Shown: positions 10,604 to 21,622 of the stretch, piece after piece | Layout of the letters: each line of letters starts with the position of its first letter | How positions within the stretch are numbered: position 1 is the stretch's first letter | NCBI GenBank assembly: GCA_040437565.1 | Contig: JBDOQK010000013.1 | Coordinates: 496,001 to 560,000 of the forward strand | Source: Albugo candida | Lineage: Eukaryota | Direction of reading: 5' to 3' | Length of the DNA: 64,000 nucleotides | Made by a program: the position numbers and the translations under genes | Notes under the pieces: generated by a model | Seen by the model: only the letters and a program-made list of their open reading frames with translations | Database searches by the model: none | What the model was told of the DNA's origin: nothing

Positions 10604-12011
10604 ATGAAACTCGATCCCGACGAAGGCAGTTATGACGATACTATTCCGCTCACGAGTTCGACATCTGCGTCTAGCGCATGGGATCAGCCTTGCATGGATA
10701 CTAGCTCAAGACATTCAGATCTCAATTTCCCATTCTCAGCGCTTTTCAATGAGCAAATGCACATTTTTGCAATTGAGTCGAAAAGCGCTCTACTCGCCAC
10801 CGGGTATCTCTACAATTCTGTCTTTGCCGCATGCGTATCTCATTGAAATCAACAGATTGGCCTCTACCTGCTACTTACTCTCATGGTTTCAGGAAGCGTT
10901 AGTTCCTTTCTTTCTATCCATTTTTCTCATGTACGTTCCATTCTTCCGTGTGTGCATTCGGTCATTTATACATTTTGTGTATAGGTACCTTGTGGATCCA
11001 CTTGTTCAACTAATTGATGTATCACCTCGCCACTTTTTGTGTTTTTGTACTTCACACAGTCGACTCACTCGCCGGGCTTCTCGTGGGTGTTCACGGACGT
11101 TTTCGTCTACCTGCGCAATGATTCTCATCGGCGTTTTCTTCGGCTTGTTGGGGTACATTACCGTTGTATCTGTGCATGCACTCGATATGGCTTCGTATCA
11201 GATCGGATACAATGATTTGGTCACACGTATTGAGACCATCTCGAAGGGAGTCGGAGTACCGTTAAATATCACCACAACGTTGCATGATAATGTCGAGAAA
11301 GTAGCTCGGGTGATTATCACGCAGATAATGGATTTATTATCAGTCATGTTTGTCACAAGCATCTATCTTTTGTATTTTCTAGCGACACGAACTCGTGTGG
11401 GCGATATTGGAGGCGTTTGGTCTCGAATGGATCGTGATATTCAGCGATTTGTATCTTTAAAATGCTTTGTATCGTTATTTGTGGCTGTTTTGGTCACAAT
11501 TGTGTACGTATGGCTGAATGTTGGCTTAGCGATTGTTTGGGGAATTCTCACATTCATACTTAATTGGATCCCAAATGTCGGCGCTATCATCGCATCAGCA
11601 TTGCCGATGGTGATCATCATTATAACACCATCCAATCTGATGAGTCCGATGGAGAAATTTTTAGCTATCGTCTTGCCCATGTCTTTCCACATGTTTGTTG
11701 GAAATTTTATAGAACCAAAAGTATTTGGAAGGAAATTGGAACTCGACCCGGTTATCGTGATCTTATCGCTATCTGCATGGGGTTTATTATGGGGAGTTGT
11801 AGGAATGATGCTGTCCGTTCCATTAACCGCAGCTTTTAAAATCATGCTAAGTCACTTGAAACTATGGCCGGAACTCGTTGCTTTGATGGAAGGAACGTAT
11901 TTCGTAAAATATGGCATCAATTCGACACACAAGAAAATCGATCGCGAGGGATTCGAAGCAATGCAAATGCAAACAGAATTAGAGAAAAACGAGTCTATCC
12001 ATTCGTCATAA
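10604..12011 (+). CDS. AI-2E family (PerM/TqsA-like) membrane transporter
   Basis: WGILTFILNWIPNVGAIIA, GNFIEPKVFGRKLELDPVIVILSLSAWGLLWGVVGMMLSVPLTA; introns 10804-10855 and 10931-10984 (the second is stop-free, 54 nt). Confidence 0.85.
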
Positions 12012-12025
12012 TATACCAATCCAAT

Positions 12026-12959
12026 TTAAATATCGACTAACGCGTGAACTATGCAAATGACGACATAATGCCATACAGTGAGTCCCCACACTTTTGAGGC
12101 CTTAGACACATCCCAAAGACAATTACATCTTGAAATGTCGCGATGTTGTTGCATACATGCTTCTTTATCAATGATTTCCACAGGATACTCTTCAAAATTC
12201 GGAGGTTTAGCAGCTCGATTATCATTCATCATCTTCACAACTCCATCGCAAGTCTTTTGCTTTCGATTGCATGGACGATCAGCAAAACCCATCGGTGTGT
12301 CTTGTAAACAATTGGTCGGAGAGCAATACCAATTTTTCATAGTATCCTGACAGATATACTCGGAATCCTTACAGTCGGGAAATGTGTAACTTGCAATAAT
12401 CGGCGAATTGGGTGCGCAGATATTATCTCTATCGGTTGATAAGACTAAGCCACAGTCGTCGAATTGGGACGGAGCCACACGATCCGCAATCGATGCGCAG
12501 ACTTTGAGTGTACTTGTTGCATTATAGAAATCTGTATTGACTGCAGGTCCAAGAAAAGTCGGTTGATCGGGATTGCATCCCATACAGAAAACGATCGCCA
12601 AGTAATGTTTTGCTTTATTCGAATACTTGGAACAAGTAGCGCCTTAGCGTCGATAAAATGAGTACAAATACCAAAAGAAGGGATGAGAGGGTACCCGCAT
12701 TGATAAATGACGAGAATTTGCTCTGTATATCGTCGTCGAAAGCCGGTAGACAGCAGGTTTTCTGTCGATACCAATTGCAAAATAGCAGAGGTATACGGTT
12801 CTAAATCGAAGCGGTAGAGAGAGCTGTGTGCCGAGATGGAATGCGTACCTTTGCAGGCTCCTTATGGGTACATAAACACATTGCTTCGTCACCTTCTGAC
12901 GATATCTCATGCAGTGTAGCGTTCCATAGAATCCAAAGCAAAATGCCACGAAAAGTCAT
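12026..12959 (-). CDS. Cys-rich secreted/GPI-like protein with a folate-receptor-like Cys scaffold, 3 exons
   Basis: Reconstructed MTFRGILLWILW...CLCTHKEPAK|NRIPLLFCNWYRQKTCCLP...AG|ATCSKY...FCMGCNP; introns 12801-12848 and 12643-12694; hydrophobic C-terminal tail. Confidence 0.7.
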
Positions 12960-13046
12960 TCGAATCGATCGCTTCTGCTTGAAATTTCATCCAATCCGAT
13001 GTCAAAGTTGCGTGCAGTCAGAAAAATAAAAAGTATTCAGTTTTTA

Positions 13047-14032
13047 ATGACGCGAGCGAATTTAACTTCGAACGATTATTATGAGAATTTGGGGCTTACA
13101 AAGAACGCAACAGATGCACAGATAAAGTCTGCGTACGTGAGATGTGAATTTCCCGTTGTCAATGCCATTCCAACGTTTTTTTCTGCAGTTATCGGAAGCT
13201 TGCAATTCAGTATCATCCAGACAAGAATTTGGGCAACAAAGAAGAAGCAGAAACGAATTTCAAGATTGTCGGTGAAGCGTACAACATCCTCTCTGACCGA
13301 AACACACGATCTGTTTGTATGCTTATTGCATTCACTGTCTCAAATTCTTCCTTACGCGCGCTTGTAGACGATTTATATGGCAAAGAAGGCTTGGAAGATG
13401 GAATGGAGCCTGTCACTAAAGAGAGAGCAATGAAAATATTTCGTGAATTTTTTCGATTCGGCGATGAAATGGATCCTGACGCACCTGAACGAGCCAAAGG
13501 GATTCGTAGAGCTGCCGGAGGTGTTGTGTACGCTCCAGTCAAAGGCTTTATGTATGGCGGAAAGTCAGTGCTTAGTGGTGTGGTCTTGAGCTCATCGGCA
13601 GTCGCATTGGGTGCTCGAGCAATGGTGACGAATGTCGCCTCTGGTGTAAAGGAAATGAGTGAGGCTGGGATGAATGCGGCGCGTCAGCGACGTCGACACA
13701 CTGACACGGAAGTTGAGATCGCAAAAGCAGCTGATACAAGGAATACTTTATTGAGTGAGGAGAAGCCGAGCTTTATGGGCGGATTGAAAAAAGCCACCGT
13801 TGGAGCTGTGTCGGCTCCTGTAGCGGTGAGAACGCATATAAAGTGTAATTCGATCGATTGAATGAGTTTGTAGGCTTTAGTGAGTGGTGGAAGTGTTCTT
13901 CTTGCGAGCAGTGTTGCAGCCGGAGGCTTTATCGTTGGCGGATTTGCTGGAGCCGCGAGTAACGTCGCAAGCGGAGTCATGGAAGTGCAAGCGGCCAACA
14001 GATTGGAAAGACAAAAAAAGACCAATTCGTAA
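13047..14032 (+). CDS. DnaJ (J-domain) protein with Gly/Ala-rich C-terminal region, about 4 exons
   Basis: DYYENLGL...[16 protein letters not shown] after intron 13133-13188; [13 protein letters not shown]; further introns near 13313-13367 and 13826-13873. Confidence 0.85.
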
Positions 14033-14120
14033 AAGTACAAGTCTTTCATGTGCGTTCTCTACACGTTGAGAGTGTGCGTTGTGTACCATAAATCCAACTT
14101 GTTTTGCGGCTGGACGCGCA

Positions 14121-17100
14121 TCATAAGACACTCCATTTATTTCTCACACGAACAGCCGTATGCCGTACAAATCGCTTTCGATCGTCCAAACAAAAGAGCA
14201 GTTGACGTAAAACTCGATCTTTGTACGAATGGATGAGTTCGTACGGAAGCGTAGTGAGCGTCTCAATGCATTCCAACGCATCTTTTCGGTCCAACGCATT
14301 GGCGCTATATCTCAAAATCAAATGAATTGGTGAAAAAGTATTGGGAGACATATCGTTTGTACCTGTGTTGCGATTGCTGCAAAAGTCCGTGAAATACATC
14401 TTTTAAAAATGGCTTCACATTCTCAATCCAAGTGTCTGAGACGATTTTGTACGCTTTGATGGCAGCAGCTCCCAATTCCACGTGATCCGAGCAAAGACCG
14501 CGTAATATCAGAGGCATGATAACGCTTATAAGCGATGCAAACGCAGCTTTTGGTGATAATGCGACAACGTAACAAAAACCAGTGAGCGCTTCGGTGGTTT
14601 CTTCCAACGAATGTTTCGATATGAATGCCAAAAGATTGGGTGCCACGAGCTCAAATAAACGCTGACGAAATAACATCTAAGGCACAAATTAGATCAATTT
14701 ATGAACGAGGAAGGTTGGACGTACGTTATAGGACGCTCCGCATTTGCGATTTAATACATTTGGGAATTCTGTCAAAATGACCCGAAAGCCTTCGGCAACC
14801 TGTCGACGTACATCTTTGTCGTGGTGATCGATCAACAAGTACGTCAGATACTCGAGACATTGAGCAGAATATTTTGGATGGCCACAAAGTAAAAGTCCTT
14901 TTGTGATCCAAATGTATAATTCCAGCGATGTGTGCCATTGCGATACTTCTTTATCCTTTTGTATCGACTGAGAGAGTCGTACGAGGAGAGAATCAGCTTT
15001 GGTCTCGAAATCTTTATCTCTCACTTTATTGAGAATGGATCCGATCGATTGAGCGAGCAAAACCACACATTCATTTTTCTTTTCCTCCGCTTTTGCGATG
15101 GATTGTGCTACCGCCAACAGCGAGTCAATAACACAATACGCTTTTGGGAACGCTAACGATCGATTTGCCGAATTGATAATAGTCGTATATACCGACACAA
15201 TCGGATACAAATGCTCGAATGGAGTGGTTTCTCCGTTTTCCAAAATTGGTTGAAAACAAAATACGGCTCGATTCAGTAATTTCTGCTGCGTATCAAAGCT
15301 GACATTCTGCATGATTGTGCGTAGAATACGCGTGGAGAATGCGATTGCGTTTGGAGGCAGATACTTCTGCTCCTCTGGTTTTCTATCGGACATTGCCATG
15401 CTCACAAAAGCGTCTAAAAGCTTAAAGGCGATACCGTTCTGATTATCGACCGACGCACAGAATTCCATATTTGACGCATTGGACGCATTCAGCTCGATAA
15501 TCGTCGCAACTGCTTGGAAACAATTCAGCGTGTGATCCGCTCCAAATGATTGAAATAATACTGATCCATCCTGATTGATGAAACACGGCTGAAGAAGATG
15601 AACCACTGCTTCTTTAAAGATCACAGGATCGTGGGAGAGCTCTGTTATAGCCGTCAAAGTGTCACGTTCAAACTCTTTTCTGGTGCGGCACGAGGATTTT
15701 TGGAAATTTTCAGCTTGTGTGCTATCTCCATCTTGCACGAGAGCGAGTAATTGTGCGATGCAATTCTCTTTGAGAAGTTTGCCGTACAATTGTAACGTCT
15801 TTTCTCGTTTGCATTGAAGTGATTGTGATGTCGATGAAGCCGAGGTAACGCCAGAGAATACCTTCAAACTGCTCAAAAACTCATTTCGGACTTGTTTGGA
15901 AATATCCGACAAGAATCCTCGAGTGAAAAGCCTAATGATTCTCTCAACATCCAAAGGACTTACAATTGGCGTCGAAGGAAAGACGACCACATGACAGAGA
16001 ATACGAATTGACAAACGCTTTGCATTGGGTGTGCTTGTCTCCATTTCCTTGTCTAAAAATCCCAATAATGCATCCAAAATCGCTGATGCATGCGAATGGA
16101 TAGGATGAAATGTGGAGATTTGCTCGATTTCTTCATCGATTGTATCGACAAATAGCATCAGGCGATCGAGTGCGGCCTCACATTGAGACGGAGATGCGTC
16201 AAAAGAATGCTTCACTTGTTCTATGAGTAGTGGCATCGATGTATTGAGAACGTGTGTGGACACCACAAGCGATTCTCGGCTCATACTCGTTAATACTTTG
16301 CCTGCAGAAGCACTACTCAACGAATCGACCGAGTTTTCTTCAAGTTTTTCAACTGCTTGATTGGTTATGGTGACCACAACAGCATTCCAAGCAAACATGG
16401 AGCCTCTGGTGTCTTGTGTTTTGGCTCGACCAATGACGCTGCATACACGAGCCAATACATTCGAAGCAGTCTCAATCACTCGAGTTTTTTCACCATTCAA
16501 AATATCGTGATATAAAATCTGACCAATTGAGCGAATGTGTAGTAATAAGTTATTGATCGCAAATGTCTCCACACAATGTCCTAATGTATCCAAAGCGTCG
16601 ATTTTCGCTTCTTCACTCATACTCGCTGACAGCTTTTCCAAGAGAAACGGGATCATCTGATGGATTAGAACATCGGATGCGGTCAACACGTTGCGTAATG
16701 AGCGAACCAGCTCTTCGGTTGTAACACCATACGGGTCATTTGGTGGCGGTGTAAATGTAATCGGAAAATAACAGGATGTGACCTTGAAGTAATGCTCTGC
16801 TACATCCTCTTTTTGAAACACGATTTCGAGCTTTTGCATCATTGTCTGAGCGATCTGAAAACAATGTTTCAAATTGCGAGGATCTTTTTCGCCTGTCATT
16901 GCATTCAGAAACGATGTTATAAACAGTTGCGCTCGATCGGAATTGGACAGGGCTTTTTGCATGCGTTCCTGTTGTGTGACAAATTGCACCAATTCAAAAT
17001 AACGTTTCCGCATCGATTGATTGAGCTGAGGAACATGGAGCGAATCGGATATTCGAATGATCAGGTCAATACTCTCGGAATCGGAAATTTTAGTGTTATG

Positions 17101-17457
17101 GTGTTTTTGTAGTGCGATTAGCGCCTGAAAGCTTGCAGGAATACTCGGAGTATCATCTAAACGCTCACAAAAAAAATTGGTGAGTACTTTGATGCGATTT
17201 TCTGTCAGTGGAAGATCTGGAAGCCGAGTGAGCACTTCAGCGATCAGTAAAGTCGCTCGTGCACGTGCAGAATCATTGGAATCGTCTGTCAAATACAGCT
17301 CCAGTTCTTGGATTAACGTCTCAATGCTTCCAGTTCGATGTGTGTGCATGACAACTGCATTCAGACTGGTTTTCTGACTGGTCTCGTCATCATTGGATGC
17401 GCCAATATCGATATATTTCGCGATCGCAGGACTCAAAGGAGCATCGAGTTGGAACAT
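14121..17457 (-). CDS. MMS19: MMS19 / MET18 cytosolic Fe-S assembly targeting factor, 3 exons
   Basis: GEKDPRNL, CYFPITFTPPPNDPYGVT, RQRLF, LDDRKRFVRHTAVRVRNKW; introns 14677-14724 and 14311-14362. Confidence 0.93.
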
Positions 17458-17505
17458 TTTTGATGGCTGCAAGCGAATCAGGAAGGAGGAGCTTGTATTT
17501 GGTAA

Positions 17506-18326
17506 TTAAGGGTTTGCTGATTCAAATTCCGATTGTGGATACCAATCACAGAGTCGACGTACCATTTCATCGAACGCACTATCTAAATCTTCATTCACTA
17601 GAATCGCATCAAACATTCCTGGCTTGTATCCGTACGATATCTCGTCCCGAGCGCTCCCTAGACGAGTTTGTATACTCTCTTCAGTCTCTGAATTTCGGCC
17701 ACGCAAACGAGCTTCTAGATCGTCCAGCGATGGAGGAGAGACGAAAAGATACTTGCATTGGAGTCCTTCACATTCTTTGACTTTCTGTACTCCTTGAATA
17801 TCAATGTCTAGTATGCAAATTTTTTGCTGTTGCTGCACGTTCTCCACAGCCTTTTTACTTGTGCCATACCAATTGCCATGTACTTGAGCATACTCTAAGA
17901 ATAATCCTACCTCGATATCATGCTCAAACTTCTCCTTGTCGATGAAATAATAAGATTTTCCATGTTCCTCGCCTTGCCTAGGAAGCCGTGTCGTATGACT
18001 GACTGAGAATCCAAATAAATGCGGATATCGCTTCATCAAGCGATTGATTAGAGTACCCTTCCCGACACCCGATGGACCAGCGATCACGAGTGGAGGAAGC
18101 TACATTTAAAAGATAGCTTTAGCTTACTGATGAGCTGTGACAAATGGCTCACCCTTGGCGGCTCATAACAGGAAAAGAAATCTTTTGCAAAGGCAGGCAC
18201 ATCGACAGGCTTTTCAAGAAGTAACGTAGTCATAAATGTCCTTACCATTGTCTTTACTTCAGGATGAAGTCGTAAATACTCGTGATGCGCTTCTTCCATT
18301 GTCTTTTTGATCTGATCCTCGTCCAT
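17506..18326 (-). CDS. Guanylate kinase with N-terminal RIIa/Dpy-30-like dimerisation/docking (D/D) domain
   Basis: Exon 1 EYLRLHPEVKTMVRTFMTTLLLEKPVDVPAFAKDFF; intron 18100-18152; GPSGVGKGTL, SVSHTTRLPRQGE, YGTS, LDIDIQG. Confidence 0.9.
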
Positions 18327-18881
18327 TACTGCTGGAAAATAAACGCATGATATATAGTATCGTATAAAATTTTGCCATTCGACACATTCTTTTTATACTA
18401 TAATATAGATTATCTAAACGTAGANNNNNNNNNNNNNNNNNNNNNNNNNNNNNNNNNNNNNNNNNNNNNNNNNNNNNNNNNNNNNNNNNNNNNNNNNNNN
18501 NNNNNNNNNNNNNNNNNNNNNNNNACACATTCTTTTTATACTATATTATAGATTATCTAAACGTAGAGACAAGTATCACCCACATGATTCGGCTCGAAGA
18601 AGGGTATCTGCTGGCTCAACTGTATAGAATGCATACCAACAAAACCCTTTTTCTGCATACCAGTGCTTACGTATAAGCTGTACAGCACCTGCTGATACTT
18701 GTGAGCTAATCCTATACCGAAGGGTGACTCCCAAATACACGTCACTATCGTTAGGTTCCTCCTTTTCATTACTTTACATGAGCACTTCTACGCATTAGAC
18801 ATTCGATTCTAATTCGATGCCCCTTTTTCAAAGATCCGCCCCTCCTTCTCCATGTGGGTGAAAGGAGACATTTTCCAGCAT

Positions 18882-18895
18882 TCATTATTCATTTT
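18882..18895 (+). promoter_or_regulatory. Oomycete Inr/FPR-like core promoter element
   Basis: TCATTATTCATTTT resembles the oomycete TCATTYYNCAWTTT consensus with one mismatch, about 15 nt upstream of the kinase ATG. Confidence 0.35.
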
Positions 18896-18909
18896 GTGAC
18901 GTCCCTCTT

Positions 18910-19956
18910 ATGTCTTTTGGTGCAAAACTATCCAACACTCCTGATTTTGTGATCAACAAATTGGAACTTTATAAAATACAACGTCGTCTTTCACACTCTA
19001 TCTTTGGCGATGTTTTTCTATGTAAGCACAAACTGACAAATCAATTGGTCGCAGTTAAGAGAGTGTCGCTTGAATGTACACCAGAACAATTCAAACTTGA
19101 AACACGCAAACTCATTCGAGAGAATGTTGAATTCGAAGTGGAAATTCATCGGGATCTAGCTACCAAAGAAAAGTTTCAAACTAAAAATGAGAACATCTTG
19201 CGTATGTTGGACGAAATTCAATACGACAATTGTGTGTACATGATTTTTGAGTACTGTGAGCGAGGAGATTTATTCGGTATTGTGGATAATGCCAAAGATG
19301 GAAGAGTATCTCAATCTGAAGTCGTACATTATTTCAGGCAGATTTTACGAGGTGTTCATTTTCTGCACACAAATGGGTACGCTCATCGCGATTTATCATT
19401 AGAAAATGTGCTGGTGACGAGTGATGGAACTTGTAAGCTAGGTGATTTTGGACTAGCATCGTATGCATGCGCAAGTTGCTGTGATTCAGTTGGAAAACCA
19501 TCCTACATGGCCCCAGAAGTATTAAAAGGAATATATTGGGATCCAGTAAGAGCTGATATTTGGTCACTGGGTATTATATTATTCATATTGGTGGCAGGGA
19601 CACCTCCATTCGAGTATCCGCATCCATCGGATCCAAGATATCGAGCACTTTCTAGTCATGGAGCAGGCATTCTGCTGAGAAAATGGAAACTACATGATCA
19701 AGTATCACCTGCCGCGATAGAATTGATGGATGGAATGTTACAAGTTGATCCAAAGCGACGAATTTCGATTGAACAGATTCTGAAGCATCCTTATATTTAT
19801 GCAGCTCAAAACGAATGCTCGTGGAAAGTGTCCTGTTTTGACACTGCATTGTCTTGCCCATTGGCATCAAGTGGGAAGGATAATTGCCTGGCACTTTCTC
19901 TGCAAGCAGTCTTCCACAAGCGCATCAAGTCACAAGAATTGCGAATAGAAGCGTAA
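18910..19956 (+). CDS. Ser/Thr protein kinase, CAMK group (oomycete-type), intronless
   Basis: VAVK, HRDLSLEN, DFG, YMAPE, DIWSLG motifs; atypical glycine loop (SHSIFGDV). Confidence 0.92.
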   Translation: MSFGAKLSNTPDFVINKLELYKIQRRLSHSIFGDVFLCKHKLTNQLVAVKRVSLECTPEQFKLETRKLIRENVEFEVEIHRDLATKEKFQTKNENILRMLDEIQYDNCVYMIFEYCERGDLFGIVDNAKDGRVSQSEVVHYFRQILRGVHFLHTNGYAHRDLSLENVLVTSDGTCKLGDFGLASYACASCCDSVGKPSYMAPEVLKGIYWDPVRADIWSLGIILFILVAGTPPFEYPHPSDPRYRALSSHGAGILLRKWKLHDQVSPAAIELMDGMLQVDPKRRISIEQILKHPYIYAAQNECSWKVSCFDTALSCPLASSGKDNCLALSLQAVFHKRIKSQELRIEA

Positions 19957-20030
19957 AGTTTTTCTGTGTAATAGCGTACTATTTAATGTGTGTCTTAAAG
20001 TAAAATGCGACGTTTGATCATTTTTGTTAA

Positions 20031-20381
20031 TTATGACGACAAGATGATTCCAATTGCAATAAAGATCAATATCTTCCAGCCAAGTAAGAAAACGAGCAAC
20101 GCTGTTACGGCGATTTTGTATATCTTGACTTGTCGTGGACGGAGGGAGTAAAATCCGGGGATAGTCACGCTTTGATTGAGTCTTAAGGTTCTGATCACCC
20201 GTGCAATCCATGAAGCTTCTCCTGCCGCACGATGCGTTTCATCAACGCTTGACGGGACAGTTCCGTAATTTATCGTCTTTATGTTTGATGTAGAGCGATT
20301 AATCGGTTGCTGCTGTTGATTTTGTGACTTAATCCGTGGATCATCATCGGCAACAATCTCCCCATTCAAAATGTGAACCAT
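20031..20381 (-). CDS. FAM241 (DUF4605)-like small membrane protein
   Basis: N-terminus MVHILNGEIVADDDPR matches the FAM241 signature; C-terminal hydrophobic hairpin LLVFLLGWKILIFIAIGII. Confidence 0.8.
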   Translation of the reverse strand: MVHILNGEIVADDDPRIKSQNQQQQPINRSTSNIKTINYGTVPSSVDETHRAAGEASWIARVIRTLRLNQSVTIPGFYSLRPRQVKIYKIAVTALLVFLLGWKILIFIAIGIILSS

Positions 20382-20414
20382 CGGCTGCCTGCAAAAGTTA
20401 TGTACTCTAAGACT

Positions 20415-21497
20415 TTATATACATTTATGTTGGTTGCTCAACTTTCTGCTAAATTGCATCGCCTTTTGTCTGCGCATCGCTGCGTTGGACGTCATCTCGT
20501 TTGACTGAACTTGAATTTTGAAGTTGGACAATCCATATCGTGCCTTTGGACGCGATTGGTATCGATACACATGCTCATTTAGAAGAAGGTGATCGCCGTC
20601 TCGATGAAGTATACTTCGCTTTGCTGATTGCGGTGAAGGATATGTGGTAGCAGTATCCCTACGAGATCCGATCTGTATATTTACATTCGTGTCACCTGCT
20701 GGATGCTTCGCCGATCGACTCTCTGTCTCTTTATCAGGCGCTGTACTCTGCGTCATGAGTGATTTCCTAGCATCTAAGAGCACAGTCGCAATGTTGTTGG
20801 TAGTGAGAGTTGCTGGGAAATTAAGCAATGGTTCTACCCCACTTTCCAATGCAAAACGATTGAGGAATTTCCGGGCCGAAGTAGTGAGAGCAGCAATGAC
20901 TTTTTTTTCATCATAATGTGATAAAAGTAGTTTGATAGTGTCGACTGCTACAGCAACTCGTGTGATTTGCAACAGTATGTGATACCATTGTGTGTCTTTT
21001 GGGCAGGATAAGCTCTCATTTTCTTCCACGCTCGAATTTACTTTATCGAGACATTTTTCTCTGCACGCTTTCAGCGCACTTGAAATTTTGCATAGTTTTG
21101 TGTGAGTGATGTCACGCATACGCAGCGAAAGAAAACTTATATCCTTGCGTAAATCTCTCAGCATTACATTGAACACGCTGTCAAAACTATAATCTTCACC
21201 ATTGAAATCTGCAGGAATGTCTTTCTCGATTTTATATGATTCCAACGAGGGATCTGAGCTCTGTGATTCCGTAAAATTCTCCATTCTATTTCCACTGTCA
21301 TTGTTGAATGCCGCGTCTTCTTTGTGTTCAACTCCCTCCAACATCGATTCAGAGTGCGCGTCCTTATCGTAAAAAGTGTATGCTTCCCCAAATGCATCAG
21401 AATGTCTCAACATGGCGTCCAAAAATGCGACTGATTCTCGTGCATCCTTGATTATATCTGTTGTTGACTTGGAGGATAAAGACGATGCGGAATTCAT
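20415..21497 (-). CDS. Hypothetical protein, 360 aa
   Basis: Long uninterrupted ATG ORF in the gene-dense block; no motif recognised. Confidence 0.6.
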   Translation of the reverse strand: MNSASSLSSKSTTDIIKDARESVAFLDAMLRHSDAFGEAYTFYDKDAHSESMLEGVEHKEDAAFNNDSGNRMENFTESQSSDPSLESYKIEKDIPADFNGEDYSFDSVFNVMLRDLRKDISFLSLRMRDITHTKLCKISSALKACREKCLDKVNSSVEENESLSCPKDTQWYHILLQITRVAVAVDTIKLLLSHYDEKKVIAALTTSARKFLNRFALESGVEPLLNFPATLTTNNIATVLLDARKSLMTQSTAPDKETESRSAKHPAGDTNVNIQIGSRRDTATTYPSPQSAKRSILHRDGDHLLLNEHVYRYQSRPKARYGLSNFKIQVQSNEMTSNAAMRRQKAMQFSRKLSNQHKCI

Positions 21498-21622
21498 GTT
21501 CGCGACCTTTTAGCACTCGCACGTTACATTTTGTTTCAGTGCCAAAATGGCCGAAAAGTGATTCACAAGCATTTCTTCATCAGCAAGGATACTTTTATCC
21601 AATCAAGCGTCGCAACGAAATT

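Noticed and set aside
11019-11059. Possible third intron in the AI-2E gene (GTATCA...CACAG)
   Set aside because: It is 41 nt long, so removal would shift the frame away from the conserved downstream motifs.
11441-11845. Antisense and alternative-frame ORFs inside conserved genes (also 13684, 17397, 22378, 34489 and others)
   Set aside because: Shadow ORFs of real CDSs, with no recognisable motifs.
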